Shown here in pieces: positions 1 to 12,700 of a stretch of 64,000 nt of DNA (the first letter of the stretch is position 1; every line of letters begins with the position of its first letter). The stretch is from Amphiscolops sp. MND2022 (Eukaryota): NCBI GenBank assembly GCA_964187785.1, contig OZ076409.1:18106001-18170000 (forward strand). Direction: 5' to 3'. The position numbers and the translations under genes are program-made. The notes below the pieces were generated by a model. That model searched no databases, was not told the DNA's origin, and worked only from the letters and a program-made list of their open reading frames with translations.

Positions 1-3000
1 TGAGAAACCTACGCATATTCACCGTCACAGGTGGAGGGAGAATTCACAGGATACAACCGTTTCCTCAAAGGATTCTACGCACTATCAGATAACCCAACAA
101 TTTTTCAGGAACGGATTAATAGAATCCTGGAACACAAACCCCCGGGATGGTTCGACGACACTATAACAGTAACAAAGCAGGACATGAAGAAAAACGAAAC
201 GGAAGCTCGAGAAACGAAGAAAAATTTTTAGAACGCAGGGTACAGACCAAAGCCAAAGAAATGCGCTCTTCTTCAACATGCAAGTTTTATTGGGATGAAG
301 GAATAAATGGGAACATTCCTCCATCCCAATAATCGACCACCGATTGGGAAATACGCTAGAAATACGCCCTGTACAAGACAAACTGGAAGCAATAACAACA
401 ATAAACACACCAAAGAACAACAAAGAACTAAAGTACTTCTTGGAGCAATCCAATATCTCTCAAAATGCATAAAAAACAACCAACACCGATATTTTGAGAG
501 AACTATTGAAGACGCAATACGAATGGAACATGACAGACAAACACACGAACGCTTTCAACAAGTTAAAGGAATTTATCACCAATATCCTCTGTTTAGCACA
601 CTATAACGCGAATAGCTAAAAAAATAACAAGGGATGCCAGTACAAAAAGCTTGGGAGCAACACTGTGGCAACAACAGAGAGAGGGTAATTTAAATCCGGT
701 CGGATATGCAAGTCACTACGGTAGATTCCTATCGAACACTCAAAAAAATTAGGGAAAAAACCTGGAATTATTCGCAGAGGTGAGGAACTGGACTATTTCA
801 GACTTCACATATACGGAAGACCAATTGAATTACTGACAGATCATCCAGCGCTAGAACCACTATTAAAAAAACAGATCAATGAAGACATACATTGCAAGAT
901 TAACGTTGTGGTTGGACAAACGGGCACACTTTCATATTTTATTATCATACATAGCGAGCGAACATCGGTGACTTACAGAGTACTTGAGCAGAAATCCAGT
1001 ATCAAAACCAGAACCAACAGAAAATTACTACAAAGAAAACGCAATTGATTGCCTATTGAGTTCATCAACAAATACGGCAGCATCGACTAATCAAAGACAC
1101 AAGCCGGGAACGCCATAAACCGGCGCCATATCCAAGGCTCAAAAATAGCAAAAGGACCTCCAAGTGGCAATCTACAGTACTCGAAAATCGAAAAAAAATG
1201 GACCGAGTGGCGTGCTGGGGCCCGCTAGCGCGATCCCCTGGCGCGCTAAAAGGGGGACACTTCCGAAATTGTTAACATTTTTGTCGCAGTTGAAGGAGGG
1301 ACCTTTTGGAGAAACAAATTTCACAATACCGAAAAACTGAAAAGGAGTATCCTTTGGGATTTTTCAACATCCATTTTGTTGTAAAATGTCAAAGCAATTG
1401 AAGGGGAGGCCTTTGGAGAAAAAATTTTCTGAGAAAAAGTCTGACAGTGCCGAAACATATAAAAAGAACAACCCTTTTGGTCTCGGTAAAATATGTTACG
1501 CAGGAAAACAGGAAAAACCTTTTTGGTTAAATTCGCTAGGCCAAATGATTTAAATTGACACCATAGCATTTGGTAGAACTTTCAAGAAATATTTTGGTCA
1601 GTTCGTAAGGATTGGAAAAGAATAGTCACTCTAATAGTCGCGATTCGCGTCATGAAGCACAGCCTAAAAGGAAACACAAATGGACCGATCTGAGGAGTGT
1701 GAAGAAAAATGGGACCAAAGACAAGACACCTACCAAAACAAACAGAAGTCAAGAAAACTAAATTGAAGGATCGCAGTTGGTTGATAGCAACTCAACAGAA
1801 AGCATTACACGTGAACACTTACGAACAGCAAAAGAAATTGAAGTGGATATCAAAAAGATTGAACAATAAAATCGATACAGTAGGTGGCCGGCAGCATGTG
1901 TTTGCCAAACACTCACAGGGAAAACAGCAAAAAGTTTTCTAGAACAATGTATCACCTTGAAAGGAATACGACAACCAATCAGAACGGATAAAGGCACCGC
2001 CCCCACTTGAGGAGATTTTAGAGACTTTTGTAAAAACCTAAACATCAAATTGATTTATGGAACAGCATGTATACACCATGGAACCAACGCGTCTTGTTGA
2101 AACGGGAATAAACAAAAACACTGATGGACTATATGCGTACCAATCTTTGGGACGGATGCACTTTGAATGAAACTTTAGGAAGTTCAATAAACGTAATAAG
2201 AACAACGGTCCATTCTAGTATTAAGGAACCTCGTATGGAAAACACTATGGAAGAAAACCTAATAGGAAAATGAACAATTATCCAAACATGTCACCTAAAT
2301 CAAAAACAGATTTCATTTCAGCGATGTCATTCCAGAAACACTACAGGTGTACTCATTCTCGAGCTACGATGGAAACCAAAACCAACTGGTAATTAAGACC
2401 CCAAGACGACTCAAACAAGATGTTAGTATTAAATTCCCATATTTTTTCTCAGAGGAAAAAGTTTAAAAAATACATTTGAAAGTGCAGACAACACAAAACC
2501 GCAAAGAGCAGTAGCGGGAACGAAACACACGATAACAACCAACAGATAAAAGTAATACACCGTAAACGAGCAACTAAACCACTAACGGCTGTATTTCAGA
2601 ACACACGTGCCAGGCGAGAAAATCCAAGAAGAGCGGACGGTCGATTCATGCTTATAGTATTCTACCAGACAAAAATGGAGACAAAAACAGACCAGTCAAT
2701 GAGAGTGAGTACACCAAGGCTGGAAGAAAACATACTGGAAGCAACATTGCAAGACAGCCCCATTGATCTGAGTCAGGTGTACAGGAAAGTCAGAAACAAG
2801 ATTGGAACAACAATTACCGGGACACAACAATCTACGTATGCATGTGGAAAACATGACCGGGAAACAGCGAGAGGAAGCAAAACAAACAACAGACGAAAAT
2901 CCCGATATTATTACTGTGGTAGACCAAAACGGTATTACGGTTTCAAAAAAATTGAACAAATAGAAAACACAAACGTAAACACGAACAACAATAACGAAGT

Positions 3001-3085
3001 AACGGAGCAGGAGAACCAATTGACTACGGAACACCGACCAATGAAAAAAAAGCTAAGAAGAACCATTTACTTACAGCGACAGTAA
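1..3085 (+). pseudogene. Decayed Gypsy pol fragment (RT, RNase H, integrase), interrupted by a HINE-like insertion
   Basis: Broken motifs GFYALSDNPTIFQERI, PGWFDDTITVTK, LGAIQYLSK, DAS (~633) and PIRTDKGTA (~1975), with many stops and frameshifts. Confidence 0.75.
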
Positions 3086-3380
3086 ACGAGCAGTTAGACG
3101 TGTTGATTTTCCTTTGATGTGTAAACTAGTCTTGTAACCTACTAATTTTATATTACCCTTCTCAGTAATTTGGTGACCAGCATCGCACTGAACAGCCCAC
3201 TTTAGGAAATATTGCAAAATCTACGTAACGTACCGTGAATATAAGAAGAAATCTATGTTTTTAGATTTTTATGAAGCTCTAAACGAGACTTTTGAATCTA
3301 AATTCAAGCACTGAAAGAATTCCTTCTTAGTACCCGAGATTTTTTAGTTGAAAATTTCGCGAAAAAAAGTTTCACAAAAT

Positions 3381-3425
3381 CTTCAATCAATTGAGCGTAG
3401 TCTTGGTATTGGATGCTCACGTCCT

Positions 3426-3496
<71 letters not shown>

Positions 3497-3631
3497 CTTT
3501 CTTTCTTTCTTTTTTTTTCTCTCTCTCTCTACGTGCCCAATTATGTCAAAGACGTCAAAGACTGATGTCAGACACGTAGAAAGAGAAGGATGCGAGCATC
3601 CAATATCAAGGCTACGCTCAATTGATTGAAG
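3381..3631. mobile_element. MITE-like element: ~50-bp terminal inverted repeats around a CT/CTTT microsatellite
   Basis: CTTCAATCAATTGAGCGTAGTCTTGGTATTGGATGCTC at the left end and its near-perfect reverse complement at the right end. Confidence 0.8.
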
Positions 3632-4864
3632 CATTTGTAGCGTTTATTTCTGTGTTCTTAAGTTTCCGAACACAAGTTCACCCGCATATTGGTTTTTCCA
3701 GTTAACTTTTGAAAAGTTTTCAAATAATGGGTTGCAACAGGTTTGTTGTGAACGCTTTGATGTTAATAGTTTTCGTTTTCCTAGGAAAACACGAATAATT
3801 TTAGTTTCAACACGGGAAGTTTATGGCATGTTTTCCACTTTCTCTCTATGAAAAATTTAATACTGAAGAAGTTAGTATCCAAATTATTGAGCTTTTCTCT
3901 GATGACGCTTCATTAAGAAAACGACCAAGGAAACTTTCATTTTGAAACTGCCTTTTCTAGGAATTTTAAAATAGTTCAAAAATCAAGCAAAAGTTTTTTC
4001 AATGTTACGACAATATGAAACCAGAGCCGCATATGCGGTAAAGGAGTCGGCCTAGGTCTTTTTTCCTTCTGACTCGCTTCAATCCCAGTAATAAGAATTT
4101 ATTGAAATTGCACACATAGACCATACTATGGTGTAGAAAATGACTGTAGAAATTTTCGTTCGAATCGTATGGACAGCTTTTGAGAAAAAGTCGAAAAATG
4201 GTTGTTTTTGGGCTAATTTTGGCCATTTTTGGGCTAATTTTGGCTATGTTTCTCTCATTCCAGTCATACGATTTTGATGCCTTTGAGCACGCAGGGGCTC
4301 CTTTGGTTGTAGAATGAATGTGCAAAATTTTATGAAAATCGTATAGACAGTTTTTGAGAAATTTGAAATTTTCATGAAAAGGTCGGGAGAAAAAACGACA
4401 CGATTGGATAAGTAGTCGAAAATTTAATGATACTGACTGACTTTGATCTTTCTTACTATGTTGTCCAGCTATTTGTGCCCTGTAAGTTAGTTTTTCATCT
4501 CAACCTGAACTATACAACAAACCGATGGGCCAAAACGTTCATTTATCAATTTTCTAAGAAATACTTAAGCTGTTTCATTTTAAGCTGTTTGTCATCGTTC
4601 GTACAAAGGTGGGTCAGCTTGAACATCAAAGTCTCTCTTTTTCGGACTATGAGAAATTTTGCCTGAAACGTTTTCTCGTTTAAATCACCAAATCTATCTA
4701 AACAAAAAGATTCTATGCAAAAACAATGGAATACCCCTTCCCATTTGAATAATCTCGCATATGGTGGCTTTGCTGAAGCAAGATTCTATAAACTTCATTG
4801 CTTATCTACTTTTTGCAATATTTCAAACCACTTAGCATTTAGATTTTTAATTTATTCAACAGAC

Positions 4865-7800
4865 CTGTACAGGCAGTTTTGAAAACAGACGAGCTTTCCT
4901 CGTCGGCTGCGTCAGCCCCGTCTATATCTTTGCAGGCAGCGTGACTTTTCAGCTGGAAGTTGTAGCAGGTTTCGGCTGTTAGCCCAGTCAGAGCAATGGA
5001 TGTAGCTGTTGGTTCGTCCACAGGAGCAGGAGCGCCAGCACTGGCTATAGTAAGTCCCCCTGCTTCTGATACTTTGTAGTGAGTTACCACACCCTGAGTT
5101 GGCGCAGTCCAAGAAAGAGTCATCTGAAGAAGAACAAATTTTTATTAGTTGTGATGGTTTTTGTTTGATCGCAATTCCATCGAAAGTGAATGTTTTGCAA
5201 AACTGTCCAATCAACGTTTAGATACTTCAGACAAGTTGTTAAATATAGCAAACAAATAGTATCAGTTTCGATGATTTATCCATTTTATTCTAACAACAAA
5301 CTATTTTTCCTCAAAAAAGAGTATACTGGGTTTTTGCAAAGAATCGAAAACCCTCAACAGTTGTTGCACACTCGAAACCCTCAACAGCACACTCGAAAAT
5401 TTTGAGAGTGCCACATCATATAAGTTTCCTTTCAAAAATGAAAATGTTCAAGAAATCTTCGAGGTTGCACAGCACGGAATTTTTAAAGTCTGGATCCAAC
5501 TGCAGCCTGAAGTCTTAAAAATAACCGTTACATGATGTCGGAATCAAATTTTTACTCAACCACCTGTGCCATGATAAAGAATCCAAATCTTTCAACCAGA
5601 CTTTTGATGTTATTGGAGTCTGAAAAAATCTGGAATCTGTACATTCTGGAACAACATGTAATGTAAAAACATAGGCGTCAAGGTGCTTAGCGCAAGGCTC
5701 GCGAAGAACACACATTTGACATCAAATAAGTTCAGGATATATACCATCCGCATCGCAAATGAACTCGAAGATATATGCATTAAAAGCTAGATTAGCAAAA
5801 AGTCTCATTTGATCAATTTGTACAAAACGCACTATGTAGCAACTTTAGCGAGACCAAAATAGTTCTACGAGAGGGCCCGAGAATTTACCACAAATAATAC
5901 GGACCCATCTTGCCAGTAGTACTTTAAATAAATTTTAGAGATATTAGAGCCATTTCTTGAGAAGTGGGATTATAAGCTAAACCTACCAAATTTCTCACAA
6001 AAAGAGTACGATGAAGCCTGTTTTGGTCCACTTTACCTGCACTAGAACAAAAGCAATATTAAAAAGCGTTTTTTGTGCATGATATTTTACTGCATCGAAA
6101 CTAACGGCCAAAGGAAAGTAGACAAGTTAAAACGTTGCATTCGATCAATGAATGGTTTTGTTAAAACCTGTACTGCATAACTACTAAAGCGCGATGAAAA
6201 TAGTTCCACAACAGGGCCCCTGAACCATGGAGTAAACCATGAAAAAATACTGGTGCATAATGCCAGTTTATTGAGTGATTTCGGGGATAATAATGACATT
6301 CTGGCTGGAAACAGGACTATGAGGTCATCCTACCAATTTGTTTTCACCAAACACACTATGATGGAACTTGCTCTGGGTCAATGTTAGAGCACTAGCACAT
6401 GGATCATTGTCTCAGGTGTCTCTCGAAGATATTGGCCTCAGAAAACAAAGAGACCAAAAAGTTGCCTTTGATCGAGGGGAAACTTTTTCGTTAAAAAATC
6501 GCACCAAGATGCAACGTTAGCGGGATGAAAGGTTTTCCACGATAAGGCTCCGCACAAAGAAAAAATGTTCACCCATTATGCTAGTATCTTGAATGGTTCC
6601 GAAGACAAAAGTAGTCACTTGATTAAAAGCTGGTGTTTAGATTCGACCTATCAAGTTTTTTAACGAGAAAAGTCTACGTTGGAACATCCGTCGACATACC
6701 TTTTTCTAATTTAAAATATGAAATTCGTACCCATAATAAAAGCGAGAATATAGGGCTCAAAGTTGGAAAAGTTTGTTAATGTCCCACTTTTTTCAACAGA
6801 AAAAAGTGACACTTGCATCTGAGAAACGAATGACAATAGGATTCGCTTCGCTGCGCCTGAAAACTTATCCACAGCAATCTATGTTCGACCTGAGATGATT
6901 CAATCTTCTACTCCTCGCCATCGATGGACCACTGAATAATTGTATAGATTTCTTAGTATTGTACCATAACGGTTGCCCGAAGTGTCATTTATCCAGGATA
7001 TGATTTATCTAATCAACTTTCCTGTGTATCAATACGCTCTAATATCCGCACAATGATAGTGATGAAGAAAAAAATGAATGAAATTTTCTAATCCGAATTT
7101 TGATGCAGCATTAAGCATATGATTGCTCTTTTCGCTGTTTCCACCATTTGGCTTACCCGGGTTTTCGATCTTTGCGAATCTGTGCTGATCTGCAGGATTT
7201 TTGCAGATCTTTGCAGATTGCAGATAAGTGCAGATCTGCAGAATTTTTGCAGATCTTTGCAGATATGTGCAGATTCGAAAAAAAACTGACACACTCAGAA
7301 AAGCATTAAAAAACCCACAGGGATGTCAAACGAATAATAAAAATGTTTAAAACTGGAGAGAAGTCTCATTTATGTCAAAATGATGAAACATTTTTCTGTA
7401 GCAATCTGTACAGATCTGTAGAGATTACAGATCTTTCCAGAGCCAAACAATGACCAATAAATTACTATAACGTATTCCAAGCTAACAGCAGTTTCTAAAA
7501 ATACTCCAACAAACTTTGTTGCGGCAATATTACAAAAACAACACTTTAACAACACATCGACCAACCCAGAAGGTGGCCCCATGTCAAATTTTATCTGCCA
7601 AGACGAAGTCAATTTGGCAAACGAGCCTCTCAAAGTTTAACAACCACTTCTGGAAAGTTCGAGTGAATGGATGAATTACCGTGTTTTACCAAAACCGCAC
7701 TTTCTCCAGTGACCAAAATCACCGTGGTGGGACAAATTTTCCTTCTCGAGAATTTTGCACAGATCTGCACAGATTCGCAAAGATCGAAAACCTGGGTAAT

Positions 7801-9522
7801 TACTCACAATCAGTACTAATGGAGCCCCAACTTGTTAGCTGTGTGAATTTTTTGTCAAATTATTATAATCGTATTGCAGTGATAAATATCATATGTTGCT
7901 GTAATTTGAGCTCGTGAGCTACCAATCCTGATTTTAGATCATGTTCAAAGTCACCCTGACAATCGAAACTGTTTATTTATGGCCCTATTTTTATGAGCTA
8001 TTGGAACGATGGTTCTGGGAAGGCAAAATGCCCAATACTGTAGGCAGTTACAGATCGGCCGGAGGATATCCAGAAGAAGACAGACCTCCTCCCCACGGGG
8101 CAACAACCCACGGGGAGTTAAATGGACATGTTGGTAGATGGGAGCCCGTCCCATGCAAAAAGCCTCATTCCTTCAGGTTCCTCCCACTCATGTATTGAGT
8201 TAAGCCACATCACAGCTTGTCGTAACGCCATGTTACTCACTCCAATCATCAAAAGTTATTGGTTATGGAGAAAAAAGTCTTTTGTTATCCAATTTTTAGT
8301 TTGAATCACTACGTTGCGAGCAGGAGTTCTCATGGTCCTTAGACTGAAAACACATCTAATCGACTTTTTTTGAAAATTTGCATTCACTGTGAACATCATT
8401 ACGATACATATGAGGCAACAAAGTAGCAAGATCTTGCTAGTTCGATTACCAGCCAACAAAAAACACGAGTTTCATCTAAATACTCGTGATATGTAATCTT
8501 TTAAATATATGATATTTCGGTGGTGGTCTTTTTGGAAAATTTTAACATACCATGAGTTTACTAAATCTGGGTATAACTGGAATGATCCAAGCTGAATAAA
8601 CCAATAAAACAAGAAGCAATACCAGTCAGCAACCATCGAACTGAAAATTCTTTTCAGAACAAACCTCATGATTATTCTTGACGAGTTATTGTTTATAATG
8701 TAAATTAATTTTTTTTAATTTTTAACAATTTTTTTATTATAGTTATTTTCAGAGTAGCCAATTAAATGACAAACGCACAGTGGTGTCTGTAGGTTTGGGT
8801 GATGTCAACACTTGGAAGTCAGTTGGAGGGTCTGGCTTGGTGCAGGTGGTGACAATCGCCGACCACTCGGAAGATTTCTTCTCAAACAAAGTGATCACTC
8901 TCACATAGTACTGAGTGCCAGGAGTCAAGGACGTCAGAGAACCCGGATTATTCACCTTGGTACCTGAAAACAATCAATTCACCTCGATTCCCATTAAATA
9001 CTGAACAGCATTTTGAAAAAAAAAGATCGAATGATGAACGATGAACAATTGCAAGTTTCCTTCAATCTTATTGTTTAATAAATGCTACTAAGATGAAAGA
9101 GCAAAAAACATCGTGCTCACGACTGCGAAATTTAGTCATTTACTTGTCGTGAAGTGGGTACATTCTTGGACTTTTTGTTGATTTTGTTTTTTTTCCTAAA
9201 CAGTGAAAACTGGCTGTTTTGTTGTGCTCTAAGGTTGACTGTTGGCATCGATCTACGGCGGAAACAACCACAACAACAATTCGGATATTCTGTATACGTG
9301 AAAAGGGGTCGTTTCTGCGTTTTGTGTCACAAAAAATGCGAGTAGGGCATGCTTCATAATGATGACAAGAAATAGTGTCAATGGTATCAAAGGATGCAAA
9401 ATATAGCGTTATAGGTTATCAACGAGTTGGCCATACCAATTGGATTCAGAAAAGTTTTTTGTAAAAAACTCGTAAGAAAAGCTTGTAAATTCATCAGTTT
9501 TTAGATGTTTGAGAGAGGAAGT

Positions 9523-9616
<94 letters not shown>

Positions 9617-9737
9617 CAGAGACAGAGACAGAGACAGAGACAGAGACAGAGACAGAGACAGAGACAGAGACAGAGACAGAGACAGAGACAGAGACAGAGA
9701 CAGAGACAGAGACAGAGACAGAGACAGAGACAGAGAC

Positions 9738-9799
<62 letters not shown>

Positions 9800-12700
9800 G
9801 TGCTCCATGCTCACTAACCACCACAGTTGGTTTCAGACCAACAAGGTTGATCTGCGGTTGCCACAGCTTCAGAGTCTACTGCTGTTGCACATTGACCCTC
9901 CGCTGTAACTGCAACCAGGCCCTGAGCTGAAAAAAACATGCTTCAATTTGATTTAATAGAATAGCATTATTGAATAGCCTTATAAGAAAACTATAAATCA
10001 TTTTAAGAATCTATGCATTCAGTTGTTGCAGTTTGTTGTCATCCAAAATTTGAAGTGAAATTGCGTAATTTATCAGAGCCCCAGAAATACTGAGACTTCA
10101 AATGTTGATCTTTCTTGTTGATATGATGAAGAAGAAAATTGCGAGTGCGATCAATGAAAGAAAAACAAGACAAACTTCCAAAACTGTCTGATATTGGATG
10201 CCTGACTTATTACCTGACATTTCTGAAATCCAAGCACTCTAAATAGTGTTGTTTACCTAGCCTTATGGCAAAGTTCCAGCAAATATTGTTTTGATTTCAA
10301 AACAGTTTAATGTTTAGCTGTAGGAGTGCTATCTAACGCCAGCAAAAACTTTAGGTGTCTAAACATTAGACCAGTGTCTCCTACCACCTAAAGAACTATC
10401 TTTTTTTATTCAGACAGTGGTCTCCAGGGGGCTCATTAGACAGTGGTCTCCAGACAGCGGTCTCCAGACAGTGGTCTGCAGGGAAATCTCAATTGAAAGC
10501 TCCAAGTTCAGACATGCTCTCCAAGCAAATAAAAATTACCAGACTAACTAGTTGTTCAATCAATTTTCTGAGGTATGAAAAACTGAATTAGCAGAAATAT
10601 TGTATATTCTCATTCAGCGAGACGAGGCAATACTAACTTGCTGCGTTAAGTCCTGTGCAAGTGTAGAATGCCATGTCATGAAAGATGGCAGGGAAGATAC
10701 ACGGAGTCGTGGTTCCGTCGGCGGAGCATTCCCCTAAAGAATATACGTTTCAAATACTCTGTACGTAGCATATGTTAGGTAACATACGTCTATGGGAAAG
10801 AATAAAGTAGCTGCAAAAAAGGTGCTGATTTACCTCAAGTGGAATGACTTATCAAGTTTTTGAAGTGCTGGTAAGAGATCACCAACATGGCAAAAAAATT
10901 GGAGTCGATAGAATTTGGGTAAAAACATGAACAAACTTTTGAAAAGATCAATGCTTTTGAACCTGAAATGTGAGATTCTAGACTCCCAACTTAAAATGTA
11001 GAAGTTTAAAAGAAATTTTGATGGACTTTGATTGTAAAATGCCATACCCGGAATTTCGATAGCTTACCTTAAATTACAACGAGAAAAGTAGATCTATGAG
11101 ATCAAAAGTTCTACTTCTAAATGATTTTTCAGACTGATTTCGGGCAACATACTTCTCAAAAAAAACATAGAATGAATGCAGATAACCATAAGTGATCCTG
11201 TTTTTGGCAATTGAGTCTTTTTCAAAAATTATAGAGTTAAAATAACACGAGTTTGAACAAAGGTTTGCTCTCGATGGTCTTCGCGAGGACTTTCGATTTC
11301 AAATGCTCAACTTTTGCTATAATGTGCAAGGATTCCCTTTGGGTGTGAAGCTAATTCTTCAATTCAGAAAAGTTTATGGAAAATCAGAATACAATTGAGA
11401 AAGAACTAACGAGCTGCTTTACAAGAATCGGGACAAGCTATTAGGTCAGTGTCGGCCACAGTCACATCGGCGTCTGATGTTGAGTCCGGATTCCCACATT
11501 TTGCTGAAACAGATTTTAAAACCTACTTCCATAACGGAGCTATGGCTATCAATAGAAACACTTTAAAAACCCTTGTCGAAAGAGATCCAGCTCTGAGGGC
11601 CACAGAACAAACTTCAGTGAGAGAAGCTGTGTGTGCCTGTCTTTGCAAAAAGATGATATAGATAGCTTCCGTGCACCGGTTTTACTAACAGTATTGCACT
11701 GAGACCTTGAAAATCAGAGTTCAGAGGATTCACCTATCATGTTGACAGTTGTAGATTGCTAGAAAACTATTGTAAAGCAAAGATCTAAAACCTACTACTT
11801 GATGCGCTCAGTTACAAGTGATTGTCTTTTATATAAGGTGCTCATTGACGTCTACTATCATTTGGAGAGTTAAATTTGATCATTTTTAAAACTGTTTTAA
11901 TGATGTATATTTGCAAAATTTGATATGATATTTGGCACATTTCCTAGGGAAATGTTGCACGTGGAAATGTTTTTGTCTAGTTTTTTACAGCTCAACATAG
12001 TTTCAGGAAAATTATTGACTTCTGACTTGTGTGCATTTTTGACATAACAGAACTTAAACAGTTCTCTAAAAGTTCTAAGCATATATTAAAATCTTGGTTT
12101 TTGAACCTTAAGCAGGGCAACCTCCAATTAGTGTAGCTTGGAACAAAACATTTAGTCCACAAAAAGACCATACTATGGCGATTATATGACTCAAACGTTC
12201 TATTCCTTTGTGTGGTCATTGCATGACTGAACTAATTGCATTGGTCGCCACAAATAACTTTTCATGACAATGAATGGTTTTTCTTTTGGGGGTAAATCAC
12301 TATTATTACGCTTTTCTGGGCACTGCTGAAAAGCTCCATCTTCATGGATTGATAATGGTTCTCAGATTGCATGAGTGATAATGAATGGACTACTGAACGT
12401 TGGGGGTTACCACAACGCTGCTTCGAAGAAGAAACCAATTACCTACTACCTACAAATAGCATTGCTCGAAAAACATCCTGGTTAAATTCAAAGCTCCAAT
12501 GACTCCAATTTCTCAACAAGTTTTATTTCTAAATTAACATATCGATCATTACAAAGTTAGAGAACAAAGTTTCTTTTAGAACAGGATACTGAGTTCGCTA
12601 GAGCGCTATCATTGTAAAGATTCAATTATGATTCATAACTATTGCGACTTTGCAAAAAAGAACACCTTCGAATGAACTTTATGTCTTCTGGTAAAAACTT

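Noticed and set aside
5450..6900. Possible minus-strand LINE remnants (DDLIVL-like near 6320; ICGD-like near 12250)
   Set aside because: Motifs too decayed to support boundaries or a confident call.
9494..9930. ORFs of SL, SV, ET and RQ dipeptides (also 3348-3634)
   Set aside because: Translations of microsatellites.
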